A stretch of 55,334 bases of DNA from Candidatus Omnitrophota bacterium (GTDB lineage: Bacteria; Omnitrophota; Gorgyraeia; Zapsychrales; Zapsychraceae), in NCBI GenBank assembly GCA_020053475.1, contig JAGVNC010000099.1, positions 1-55,334 of the forward strand, given 5' to 3'. Below, in pieces: positions 40,101 to 48,641 of this stretch. The first letter of the stretch is position 1, and the number at the start of each line of letters is the position of its first letter. The position numbers and the translations under genes are program-made. The notes beneath the pieces were generated by a model that made no database searches, was not told where the DNA came from, and saw only the letters and a program-made list of their open reading frames with translations.

Positions 40101-40726
40101 AGAGGCGTTATTTTTGAAATTTCATGGGAAGTCCTGAATCCATCAAAAAAATGGATAAAAGGGATCCGTGATTGCAGGGTTGCTGCATGGGCGATCAGGG
40201 CAAAATCCATTGATTCTTGGGCGTTCGAAGAACACAGAAAAGCAAATCCCGTTGCCCGGGCCGCCATAACATCGCTATGATCCCCAAAAATGGATAACGC
40301 TTGTGTGGCCAGTGATCGGGCTGCCACATGAAAGACCGTCGCGGTAAGCTCGCCGGCAATCTTGTACATATTGGGGATCATTAATAACAATCCCTGGGAG
40401 GCAGTGAACGTTGTGGCAAGGGCTCCGCACTGCAGGGCTCCGTGGATTGCTCCGGCTGATCCAGCCTCGCTCTGCATTTCTTGAATCAAGGGGACAGTTC
40501 CCCAAAGATTTTTTTCGCCCTTGGATGCCCATTCATCAGCTATTTCTCCCATCGTGGAAGCAGGGGTGATAGGATAAACGGCAATCACTTCATTGAGACG
40601 ATAAGCGATCAGGGCAGCAGCTTCATTGCCATCAATAACGATCTTTTTTTTCTTTGTTTCGGGATATTGATCTTTAGCTTGGTGGGGAGTCGATAAACCT
40701 TGTATTTTGGGTAAAATTTTACTCAT
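37079..40726 (-). CDS. nifJ: Pyruvate:ferredoxin (flavodoxin) oxidoreductase
   Basis: YPITPAS, GLGSDGTVGANKN, two ferredoxin motifs, ACAGCGETPY, GGDGWAYDIG. Confidence 0.96.
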   Translation of the reverse strand: MSKILPKIQGLSTPHQAKDQYPETKKKKIVIDGNEAAALIAYRLNEVIAVYPITPASTMGEIADEWASKGEKNLWGTVPLIQEMQSEAGSAGAIHGALQCGALATTFTASQGLLLMIPNMYKIAGELTATVFHVAARSLATQALSIFGDHSDVMAARATGFAFLCSSNAQESMDFALIAHAATLQSRIPFIHFFDGFRTSHEISKITPLSLEHIREMINEEKVLEHRKRGLTPDNPVIRGTTQNPDVYFQARETVNSYYINCSTIVQKTMDQFSKLTGREYHLFDYDGDPNAERVIVIMGSAADTCADTVHKLNDSREKVGVLRVRLFRPFSIPPFIEALPKTTKTIAVLDRTKEPGSVGEPLYLDVVSSVMEFSHKKYFSQLPRIIGGRYGLSSKEFTPAMVKAIFDEMKKEDPKNHFTIGIEDDVTYTSLHYDKNFIIESSSGVRAIFYGLGSDGTVGANKNTIKIIGENTPNYVQGYFVYDSKKAGSITVSHLRFGPKPILSSFLITQASFVGCHQFEFLEKFDVLEEIEPRGTFLINAPFEANQVWDHLPREVQQSIIDKNLRLFSIDAYTVAREYGMSSHINTIMQTCFFAISGILPRNEAITAIKAFIQKTYSQKGEHIVEMNFKAVEQSLLHLHEVIVPEKATSKFYRLRAVAKEAPDFVQDVTAKIIARQGDDIPVSCLPADGTYPVGTTKWEKRNIAQEIPAWDENICIQCGKCSMVCPHAVIRFKVYDPKALTNAPATFKSTDARDLGWKDLKYTLQVAPEDCTGCGICVDVCPVKNKTETRFKAINMTPQPPIREEEKANWEFFLNLPEIDRNLVKRTTVRSSQILEPLFEFSGACAGCGETPYIKLATQLFGDRMIVANATGCSSIYGGNLPTTPWTKNKQGRGPAWANSLFEDNAEFGLGMRLAIDKQAQFAAELLRKLSSSLGIELCDAIIHARQTDEPGIFEQRERVAQLKEKLKAIKSSESAQLLSLADTLVKKSVWIIGGDGWAYDIGFGGLDHVMATGKNVNILVLDTEVYSNTGGQASKSTPRAAVAKFAAGGKTHAKKDLARIAMTYEHVYVASIAMGAKDEHTLKVFLEAEAYDGPSLIIAYSHCIAHGIDMKTAMQDQKAAVFSGHWPLFRYNPLLAMEGKNPLQLDSSDPKIKLKDYTYRQNRFQILKKTNPDEADRLMKLAQEDVDRRWAVYKQMADQPGKDQNAKTENTP

Positions 40727-41049
40727 GGAGGAATCAATGCTTAAAAGATGGCGCTTTTTTTAAGATAAGTTTCAGCTTAACTATATAATTATTTAGATTA
40801 ATAATATAAGCAATATTTTACATGTTACGAGTATTTTGTAAAGATTATTTAATCTCTGGGGAGTGAAAAAGACTGATCAAATGTTAAAACTCAGCTTACC
40901 ACAATATTGCAGGTTATGGTATTTTTTATGTTTTGCGTCCCATCGCAGTGATGCTTCGTAAAAAGTTTAAGGAATCAGAAGAGGTGCTCAGCCCCTTGGG
41001 GAAAGACCAAACTTTCCTTAGGAAGCCTTGCGGCAATATTATTTTTGCT

Positions 41050-41111
41050 CCCATTTGACTCGTTCGCCGGCGCCCAAGCCCCGCCATTTATGGCGGGGAG
41101 AGTCGAATGGG
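41050..41111. repeat. Nested hairpin resembling an IS200/IS605-type end or REP remnant
   Basis: cccatttgactc...gagtcgaatggg outer stem enclosing ccccgcca-ttta-tggcgggg; no transposase nearby. Confidence 0.45.
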
Positions 41112-41135
41112 TTGATTTTTTAGATGTTCACTGTC

Positions 41136-41163
41136 TTGACATTCCGGGTGTTTTGAGTATGAT
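41136..41163 (+). promoter_or_regulatory. Putative sigma70 promoter for the malic enzyme-Ehr operon
   Basis: TTGACA-16-TATGAT. Confidence 0.5.
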
Positions 41164-41231
41164 ATTCATATACGCAAATATTTGAATATTGCTAAAAAAC
41201 ATCCGGTTGATTCGATATAAAATTTATTCGT

Positions 41232-41350
41232 TAAGCGCCTAATTTCTGGTTCTCCTGGAAAACGGGAAATTCCTCTTCGGTGAATCTCATTGTATTTGGT
41301 GAGAAGGGACCACCTGCTTCCCTAACCAATCACTAATCTCGTCGGCATAG
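41232..41350 (+). ncRNA. c-di-AMP (ydaO/yuaA)-like riboswitch, divergent
   Basis: Landmarks in ydaO order: cgcctaatt, acgggaaattcc, ggtgaatctc..gagaaggg, ccctaacc, ctaatctcgtcggc. Several positions deviate from consensus. Confidence 0.45.
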
Positions 41351-41440
41351 CAGATATTTCATGGGGGAAAACTGTAGCGATCAACGGGAAATTCATTGCT
41401 ATTTTAATTTGTTGCTATTTTATTGGATTGGAGGGAGCAG

Positions 41441-42865
41441 ATGGATCAATTAAATTCTTCATCAACAAATCGATTGACAGTCCGTCTTGAGCTGATGAAT
41501 AAGCCGGGAATTTTTGCTCAGGTTGTTAATGTTCTCGCCGATGAACATGCGAATCTGGGAGCGGTTGATATCGTCGAAGCCATGGCTGATAAGGTTATTC
41601 GGGATGTCACTTTTGATATCGCGAATGAAGAACACGGCCAGCGGATTATTGAGGCTTTTAATAAACTAGAGCATGTTCAGGTTGTTTCTTTCTCAGACCC
41701 GATCTTTCTTTTGCATTTAGGCGGGAAAATACATATTCAAAGCAAGGTCCCGTTAAAGACGAGAAATCAGCTTTCCATGGTTTATACTCCCGGAGTGGCT
41801 AAGATTTGCCGGGCCATCGCTGATGATCATAACAAAGTTAATATTCTGACCATTAAAAGTAATAGTGTCGCTGTTATCACCGATGGTTCAGCCATCTTAG
41901 GGCTTGGGAATCTTGGGCCGGAAGCGGCTTTACCCGTGATGGAAGGCAAGGCGATCATCTTTAAAGAATTTGCTGATATCGACGCTTGGCCGATTTGTTT
42001 AGCGACTCAAGATGTTGGCGAGATTGTCGAGACGATCAAGAATATCGCGCCGGTTTTTGGCGGGATTAATCTGGAAGATATTAGTGCCCCACGTTGCTTT
42101 GAAATTGAATCAACGCTTAAAAAAATATTGAATATCCCTGTGATGCATGATGACCAGCATGGGACAGCTGTGGTTTTATTAGCAGCTCTTAAAAATGCCC
42201 TAAAAATTGTAAAAAAGGATATTAAAAATATCCGGGTGGTGGTTAACGGGTTAGGGTCGGCCGGTTCTGCCTGTTGCAAAATTTTGCTCGCGGCAGGAGT
42301 CAATCATTTATTGGGATGTAATAGAAAAGGCGCCGTCTTAAGCGTTGATTCGGATAACGTCAATAAAGTTAAAGAAGACTTTTTCGCGCACATTGATAAC
42401 CAAAATCCGCTGATGACATTGCGTGAAGCTTTAAATGGAGCGGATGTGTTCATCGGAGTATCGGCGGGTAATCTTTTAACTCCTGAAGATTTAAAGAGAA
42501 TGAGCCAAGACAAGATCGTCTTCGCGATGGCTAATCCTGACCCGGAAGTTAATCCTCATGAAGCTTTTAAAATCTGCCGGGTCTTTGCAACAGGCCGTTC
42601 GGATTTCCCCAATCAGATCAATAATGCCCTAGCTTTTCCAGGGATTTTTCGAGGGGCGTTAAATGTCCGGGCTAGAGAGATTAATGAAGAAATGAAATTA
42701 GCCGCCAGCGATGCGTTAGCCAACCTTGTTTCACAGAGCCAGTTGAATGAGGAATATATCATCCCCAGTATTTTCGATAAAAGAGTTGTCCTTGCCGTCG
42801 CAACAGCCGTCCAAGAGGCGGCTTATAAAACAAAAGTTGCGCGTAAAAGGGCCTTCATTGCATGA
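41441..42865 (+). CDS. NAD(P)-dependent malic enzyme with N-terminal ACT domain
   Basis: YTPGVA, TDGSAILGLG, NLEDISAPRCF, HDDQHGTA, ATGRSDFPNQINN; RBS ggaggg. Confidence 0.93.
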   Translation: MDQLNSSSTNRLTVRLELMNKPGIFAQVVNVLADEHANLGAVDIVEAMADKVIRDVTFDIANEEHGQRIIEAFNKLEHVQVVSFSDPIFLLHLGGKIHIQSKVPLKTRNQLSMVYTPGVAKICRAIADDHNKVNILTIKSNSVAVITDGSAILGLGNLGPEAALPVMEGKAIIFKEFADIDAWPICLATQDVGEIVETIKNIAPVFGGINLEDISAPRCFEIESTLKKILNIPVMHDDQHGTAVVLLAALKNALKIVKKDIKNIRVVVNGLGSAGSACCKILLAAGVNHLLGCNRKGAVLSVDSDNVNKVKEDFFAHIDNQNPLMTLREALNGADVFIGVSAGNLLTPEDLKRMSQDKIVFAMANPDPEVNPHEAFKICRVFATGRSDFPNQINNALAFPGIFRGALNVRAREINEEMKLAASDALANLVSQSQLNEEYIIPSIFDKRVVLAVATAVQEAAYKTKVARKRAFIA

Positions 42866-42935
42866 GAAATATTCAGCCGATGATTGATCACGCGATTGAT
42901 CGTGCCCGGCAGTTACGTTGGGAGAAAAAGTAGGG

Positions 42936-43643
42936 ATGGAACTGACGATCAATGACATCGTTAAGATTTTTGCGGTCTCCGAGGAGAGGGTTAATCACTG
43001 GATTGAAAAAAAGAATATGCCTTGTATCAAGGCTAATGAGCAATATCGTTTTAACTATATTGAATTGCTTGACTGGGCCTTGCAGAAGAAAATTAACCTG
43101 ACTCCGGAAATTTTAACTTTAGGAGATCGGGAAAATTATAGTTCAGATAGTTTGTATCAATCCATCAAAAATGGCCATATTTATTATGATATTCCCGGCG
43201 ATAGCCGGGAAGAGGTTTTAAAGGCCATCGTTGACCTGTTGCCTCTCCCGCCGAAATTGAACAGAAAATCTCTCTGGCAAATGTTAGTCGCCAGAGAGGA
43301 AATGATGTCAACAGCTGTTGGCAATGGGATCGCCATCCCTCATGTCCGCAATCCTGTTATTTTGCAGATGGAGCACCCTTCCATCACTTTATGTTTTTTA
43401 AAGAAGCCCGTCGATTTTAAGGCCATTGATGGCAAACCTGTTTTTATTCTCTTCACCATCCTGAGCCCCTCTGTTAAAAAACATCTGGCCATTCTCAGCC
43501 GGTTAGCTTTTTGTCTGCAGAACGCAAAATTAAAGCAATATTTGCATGCGAAAGCAACTCAAGAACAAATTTTGGCCGAAATCAGGATTCTCGAGTCAAC
43601 ATTATCCTCCGTTCCCGATGAGAATGGGAAGGAGGGCAGATAA
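42936..43643 (+). CDS. HTH (excisionase-like) / PTS EIIA(Ntr/Fru) fusion
   Basis: N-terminal LTINDIVKIFAVSEERVNHWI...QYRFN; REEMMSTAVGNGIAIPH phosphorylation motif. Confidence 0.88.
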   Translation: MELTINDIVKIFAVSEERVNHWIEKKNMPCIKANEQYRFNYIELLDWALQKKINLTPEILTLGDRENYSSDSLYQSIKNGHIYYDIPGDSREEVLKAIVDLLPLPPKLNRKSLWQMLVAREEMMSTAVGNGIAIPHVRNPVILQMEHPSITLCFLKKPVDFKAIDGKPVFILFTILSPSVKKHLAILSRLAFCLQNAKLKQYLHAKATQEQILAEIRILESTLSSVPDENGKEGR

Positions 43644-45623
43644 ATGACGGATTATTTTTTATCCAGTTTGGTTCTTTTATCGATCTCCGCGGTGTTGATC
43701 GTATTGACATCACGATTTCAAAAAATCAGCGGAGGTATTTTTTTGTTTTCTCTGGGAACAGGATGTGTTTTGGGGTTAATCTCTGCCGTTAGTGTCCTCG
43801 TTCATCGGGTACCAATTGATTATCGGCTGGATTTTCGAATGCCTATCGGCGAGTTCTACGTGGGAGTGGATCTTTTAAGCGCTTTCTTCTTATTGACGAT
43901 TGTTATGTTATCCCTCTTCGCTGGTATATACGGATATGGTTACTTAAAAGATGATGAGAAAAAAAACTTAAGTGTCCATTACGCCTTATATCTTGTTTTG
44001 TTAATTTCTCTGATGCTTGTTGTCACTGCCAAGAATGCTGTTCTATTTTTGGTTGCATGGGAGACGATGGCCATATCCTCGTATTTTTTGATTACATTTG
44101 ATGATGAGAAGGAAGCCGTCAGAAAAGCCGGATACCTTTATTTAATCGCCACCCATACCGGGACGTTTTGCCTATGGGTCATGTTTCTTTTGATGGGACA
44201 ACAGGCTGGATCGATGAATTTCGATCAGATGACGCTGGCATCATTCCCTTTGCCGCTCGCGGGGGTGTTGTTTATTTTAGGGATCATCGGGTTTGGAGTT
44301 AAAGCAGGGTTTATCCCGTTTCATATATGGCTGCCTCACGCGCATCCGGCGGCTCCAAGTCATGTGTCCGCTGTTTTATCCGGGGTTATGATCAAGATGG
44401 GGATTTACGGTTTGATGAGGCTTATTTTGATTGTGAAGAATTTTCCTGAATGGTGCGCGATGGTGTTACTGATGATTGGCATGATTTCGGGAGTAGGAGG
44501 CGTTTTGTATGCTTTAGGCCAGCATGAAATCAAGAAATTACTCGCGTATCACAGCATTGAAAATATTGGGATTATCACGCTGGGGCTGGGAATCGGTTTA
44601 TGGGGGCAGATTGATCATAATGAAGCGGTGGCTCTTATTGGCTATGCCGGCGCGCTTTTGCACGTTTTTAATCACGCGATCTTTAAAGGGCTTTTATTTT
44701 TAAGCGCGGGATCGGTCATCCGCTCAACGCATACCGGGGAGATCGATCATTTGGGCGGGCTTTTAAAAAAGCTCCCATGGGCGGGACATTTATTTTTGAT
44801 CGGTTCTTTATCGATCTGCGGGTTGCCGCTGTTCAACGGTTTTATCAGCGAGTGGCTTGTTTTTCGGGCATTGTTCGATGGGGTATTTCATTTTGAAACG
44901 AACGCGCTTGTCTTTAGCAGTTTAGCCATTATTTCTTTGGCTTTAATCGGGGGGTTAGCTACGGCATGTTTTGCAAAAGCGTTTGGCGCGATATTTTTAG
45001 GGAACAGCCGTTCGATCGATAATACTCATTTGGAGGAAAATTCTTCGCTGATGCGCGCCCCCATGCTTGTGTTGGGAGGGCTTTGTTTATGGGTTGGATT
45101 TTTTCCAAGCACGATGGTGTCCTTTGCGTTGGGAGCTGCCTCAACAATTGCTTCGTTAAAGATTTCTCCAATGGCGGAAGAAGCCATTATTTCACCTCTT
45201 TTGACGGTTGTTTGGGTGTTGATGATTTTGGTGACAATCATTACCGTCCTGGTCTTATTTAAAAGGATTGCGATGAAATTCCTGCCTATTGAAAAAGCGC
45301 CGACGTGGGGTTGCGGGTATTCTATGCCGACGAACCGGATGCAATATACCGCTTCATCGTTCGCGGAGCCTATTTTGCGGATTTTTAGGAATGTTCTTGG
45401 GTTTAATGTTACGGGGAATAAACCGCAAGGATATTTCCCGAAGGAAGAAGCAATTTCCTCGCATGTTATCGATGCCTCGGAGGACTTCATTTTTCGTCCC
45501 ATATTCCAGTTCATTAAGTCTTTATCAGCAAAATTAAAAATTATTCAATTCGGGGTTACGCAGTTGTATTTGCTTTATATTTTTATATTTCTTTTGATAT
45601 TGCTCATTTGGAAGATGGTCTAG
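43644..45623 (+). CDS. hyfB: Ehr/hydrogenase-4 antiporter-like subunit (HyfB-like)
   Basis: WETMA, KAGFIPFHIWLPHAHPAAPSHVSA, LLAYHSIENIG, TWGCGY, RMQYTASSFA. Confidence 0.88.
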   Translation: MTDYFLSSLVLLSISAVLIVLTSRFQKISGGIFLFSLGTGCVLGLISAVSVLVHRVPIDYRLDFRMPIGEFYVGVDLLSAFFLLTIVMLSLFAGIYGYGYLKDDEKKNLSVHYALYLVLLISLMLVVTAKNAVLFLVAWETMAISSYFLITFDDEKEAVRKAGYLYLIATHTGTFCLWVMFLLMGQQAGSMNFDQMTLASFPLPLAGVLFILGIIGFGVKAGFIPFHIWLPHAHPAAPSHVSAVLSGVMIKMGIYGLMRLILIVKNFPEWCAMVLLMIGMISGVGGVLYALGQHEIKKLLAYHSIENIGIITLGLGIGLWGQIDHNEAVALIGYAGALLHVFNHAIFKGLLFLSAGSVIRSTHTGEIDHLGGLLKKLPWAGHLFLIGSLSICGLPLFNGFISEWLVFRALFDGVFHFETNALVFSSLAIISLALIGGLATACFAKAFGAIFLGNSRSIDNTHLEENSSLMRAPMLVLGGLCLWVGFFPSTMVSFALGAASTIASLKISPMAEEAIISPLLTVVWVLMILVTIITVLVLFKRIAMKFLPIEKAPTWGCGYSMPTNRMQYTASSFAEPILRIFRNVLGFNVTGNKPQGYFPKEEAISSHVIDASEDFIFRPIFQFIKSLSAKLKIIQFGVTQLYLLYIFIFLLILLIWKMV

Positions 45624-45637
45624 AAAAGAGAAAATCA

Positions 45638-46558
45638 ATGGGGATTCAGATTTTATTACACATCGGCATCGTGATGATTTTATCTCCCTTGCTGTTGGGG
45701 ATCATCGGAAAGACAAAGGCTTTTTTTGCCGGGCGCTGGGGCCCGCCATTGTTACAGCCTTATTATGATATTGGGAAATTATTTCAAAAGGGGAATGTTT
45801 ACAGCATCACAACAACGTGGATTTTTCAGGCCGCGCCGATTGTTTGCCTGGCAGTGGTCTTGGTTTCCTCTTTTTTTATTCCTTTGGGAGGATTGAAGGC
45901 TCCTATTCAATTTTGGGGAGATATTATCCTCTTTGCCTATCTTTACGGGTTAGCCAGGTTCTTGATGATGATCGCCGCGCTTGATACGGGATCAAGTTTC
46001 GAAGGCATGGGCGCAAGCCGGGAAGCGGCCTTTTCGTGCTTAGCGGAGGTTGTGTTATTTTTAGATTTTATTATCCTGGCGCTATTGTCTAAAAAGTTCG
46101 TTTTATCAGAAATCATCGAGGGGAATATCTTATCGTCGTGGCCGTTATTTGGGCCGGTGCTTCTTTTGGTCGGGGCAAGTTATTTCTTAGTTTTGTTAGT
46201 AGAGAATGCCCGGATTCCTATCGATGATCCGGCAATACATTTAGAGCTGACGATGATTCATGAGGTGATGGCCCTGGATCACAGCGGATGGGATTTGGCT
46301 TATATTTACTATGGGGGTGCGATTAAGTTATTTGTTTTGGGAGGGCTATTTGTCAATATTCTGATCCCGTACCACAGTTTATCTTCCGTCATGCAGACAG
46401 TGATGTTCTCCGGAGGAATGATTATGTTGGCGCTGACGATAGGGATTGTGGAATCTTGCATGGCACGATTGCGATTAAACCGGATTCCGCTGCTTTTGAT
46501 CAGCGCTTTTGTTTTGGCTTTGGTCGGAGGGATCGTTGTTTTAGTCAAAGGGGTGTAA
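45638..46558 (+). CDS. hyfC: Ehr/hydrogenase-4 NuoH-like subunit (HyfC-like)
   Basis: GPPLLQPYYD, DTGSSFEGMGASRE, ENARIPIDDP, HLELTMIHE. Confidence 0.88.
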   Translation: MGIQILLHIGIVMILSPLLLGIIGKTKAFFAGRWGPPLLQPYYDIGKLFQKGNVYSITTTWIFQAAPIVCLAVVLVSSFFIPLGGLKAPIQFWGDIILFAYLYGLARFLMMIAALDTGSSFEGMGASREAAFSCLAEVVLFLDFIILALLSKKFVLSEIIEGNILSSWPLFGPVLLLVGASYFLVLLVENARIPIDDPAIHLELTMIHEVMALDHSGWDLAYIYYGGAIKLFVLGGLFVNILIPYHSLSSVMQTVMFSGGMIMLALTIGIVESCMARLRLNRIPLLLISAFVLALVGGIVVLVKGV

Positions 46559-46563
46559 TCACC

Positions 46564-47193
46564 ATGTGGTTAGAACTGGCTTTAATTTTGATTATTTTCT
46601 TAGGGATCATTATTTTAGGAAATAACCGCCTGGGGACCATGATCCAGCTTTTTGCGTTGCAATCTTTTATTTTAAGCATGACGCCCTTATTGGTACATCC
46701 CGGGATCCACGCGGTTATCATGACGGCTGCGACGATCATCTTAAAAGTTTTGGTGATGCCGAGTTTACTTTTTTGGGCGATACGGCATGTATCAATCCGC
46801 CGGGAAGTCCAGCCTCTTATTGGTTACGGGAAGACATTAATTCTGGGGGGCTTTTTTATCGGCGCGGCTTTTTTCATCTCTTCAAAGATGGATTTGCCCG
46901 TCAAGGCAATATCGAATTTATTGGTCCCGTCAGCCTTTTCCATCGTGATGATCGGATTCTTGCTCTTAGTAAGCCGGTTTAAAGCGATCACCCAGGTGAT
47001 TGGTTATCTTGTTATGGAAAACGGTATTTTTCTTTTTGCTCTTTTATTGTTAGAGAAGACCCCGCTTTTAGTCGAGATGGGCGTATTGTTGGATATTTTT
47101 GTTGCTGTTCTTATCATGGGGATCGTGGTTAACCATATCAATGAAGAGTTCGAGAGCACCAATACTATTCATTTAACGGCGTTGAGGGATTGA
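46564..47193 (+). CDS. hyfE: Ehr/hydrogenase-4 membrane subunit (HyfE-like)
   Basis: QVIGYLVMENGI, LVEMGVLLD. Confidence 0.85.
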   Translation: MWLELALILIIFLGIIILGNNRLGTMIQLFALQSFILSMTPLLVHPGIHAVIMTAATIILKVLVMPSLLFWAIRHVSIRREVQPLIGYGKTLILGGFFIGAAFFISSKMDLPVKAISNLLVPSAFSIVMIGFLLLVSRFKAITQVIGYLVMENGIFLFALLLLEKTPLLVEMGVLLDIFVAVLIMGIVVNHINEEFESTNTIHLTALRD

Positions 47194-47197
47194 AGGA

Positions 47198-48640
47198 ATG
47201 CTACTTTTCTTAATTCTTTTACCTTTGTTCGGCGGGGCAATTGCTTTTGTTTTGCCCAAGAATCAACAACGAAGAACGATTCTTCCCTGGGTATCTTTGA
47301 TTCACCTGATCGGCGTAGGCAGTCTCTGGAAATTTTTGCCAGACACCCAGTTTAACGGATTTCTGGGATTAGATGTCCTGGGCCGGCTGATTTTAACGGT
47401 TGTTAGTCTCTTGTTTGTGGCGGTGTCTTTTTATTTATGGGGCTATCTGAACGATGAAGAAAAACATTCCGATAGAATTTTTATGAGCAGTCTGTTGTTT
47501 TTCTTGTCGGCGATGACGTTGGTGACAATGAGCCGGCATATGGGCTTGTTATGGATCGCGATTGAAGCAACGACGCTTTTTAGCGCCCCTTTGATTAATT
47601 TTCACCGCAGCCCACACAGTGTAGAGGCAACGTGGAAATATCTACTGATTTGTTCGGTGGGGATTGCCTTGGCGCTCTTGGGGACATTATTCTTGGCGGT
47701 TGCCGCCACCAGTGTTGGAACGGTCTTCTTAGGCGCCCTGTTGGAGAATGCCTCTTTGCTTTCCATCCCCTGGTTAAAGTTAAGCGTTATTTTTCTTTTT
47801 GTGGGGTATGGAACCAAGATGGGGCTTGCCCCCATGCATACCTGGCTTCCCGACGCGCATAGTGAAGCACCGTCCCCCGTTTCGGCCCTTTTGTCCGGGG
47901 TTTTGTTGAATTGTGCCTTCTTGGGCATTTTGAGGGTTTTTCAAATTTGTGTGGCCGCCGGCCAGACAGCTTTTGCGCAGGATTTATTCTTGATAATGGG
48001 TTTGTTGTCGCTTTTGGTTGCGGCCATTTTTGTTATCGGGCAGGCGGATTACAAAAGGTTGTTTGCTTATTCCAGCGTTGAGAACATGGGGATTTTAGCT
48101 CTCGGGATAGGGTTGGGGGGCGTCGGGTTATACGGCAGTTTGTTCCATATGATTAACAATGCCTTTGCCAAAGGGATGATATTTTTGGTGACGGGGAACA
48201 TTTATCAGGCTTACCAAAGCAAGAAGGTCAAGGACGTTAAAGGGCTGCTGGGTAGTTATCCGGTAACGGGAATATTTTTAGTAATGGGATTTCTGGCGGT
48301 GACAGGGGTCCCGCCCTTTGGGACATTTTACAGCGAATTGATGATCTTGAATGCGGCTATTCAATCAAGGCATTATTGGGTGGCCTTTTTTTATATATTA
48401 TTTCTGGCGGTGATATTTATGGGGATAGCGGAGAGTGTGCTCAGGATGCTGCACCGGGGCACAAAAGGACAGACAACGGGCCCGGCCCCGCCGATGGCGG
48501 GGCCAGCCCATAAAGAAGATTTAAGGCTAATCCTGCCGATCCTATTTTTAGGAGCGATTGTTTTAATCCTGGGTTTCTATATGCCTTCTTTCTTGGACGA
48601 TGCCTTAAAGGGGTCCAGCGCGCTTTTAGGAGGAAGATAA
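47198..48640 (+). CDS. hyfF: Ehr/hydrogenase-4 antiporter-like subunit (HyfF-like)
   Basis: EATWKYLLICSVGI, GYGTKMGLAPMHTWLPDAHSEAPSPVSALLSG. Confidence 0.88.
   Translation: MLLFLILLPLFGGAIAFVLPKNQQRRTILPWVSLIHLIGVGSLWKFLPDTQFNGFLGLDVLGRLILTVVSLLFVAVSFYLWGYLNDEEKHSDRIFMSSLLFFLSAMTLVTMSRHMGLLWIAIEATTLFSAPLINFHRSPHSVEATWKYLLICSVGIALALLGTLFLAVAATSVGTVFLGALLENASLLSIPWLKLSVIFLFVGYGTKMGLAPMHTWLPDAHSEAPSPVSALLSGVLLNCAFLGILRVFQICVAAGQTAFAQDLFLIMGLLSLLVAAIFVIGQADYKRLFAYSSVENMGILALGIGLGGVGLYGSLFHMINNAFAKGMIFLVTGNIYQAYQSKKVKDVKGLLGSYPVTGIFLVMGFLAVTGVPPFGTFYSELMILNAAIQSRHYWVAFFYILFLAVIFMGIAESVLRMLHRGTKGQTTGPAPPMAGPAHKEDLRLILPILFLGAIVLILGFYMPSFLDDALKGSSALLGGR
48479..48506. repeat. Palindromic element inside the hyfF coding sequence
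   Basis: ggcccgg-ccccgccgatggcgggg-ccag, read as PAPPMAGPA. Confidence 0.7.
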
Positions 48641-48641
48641 C

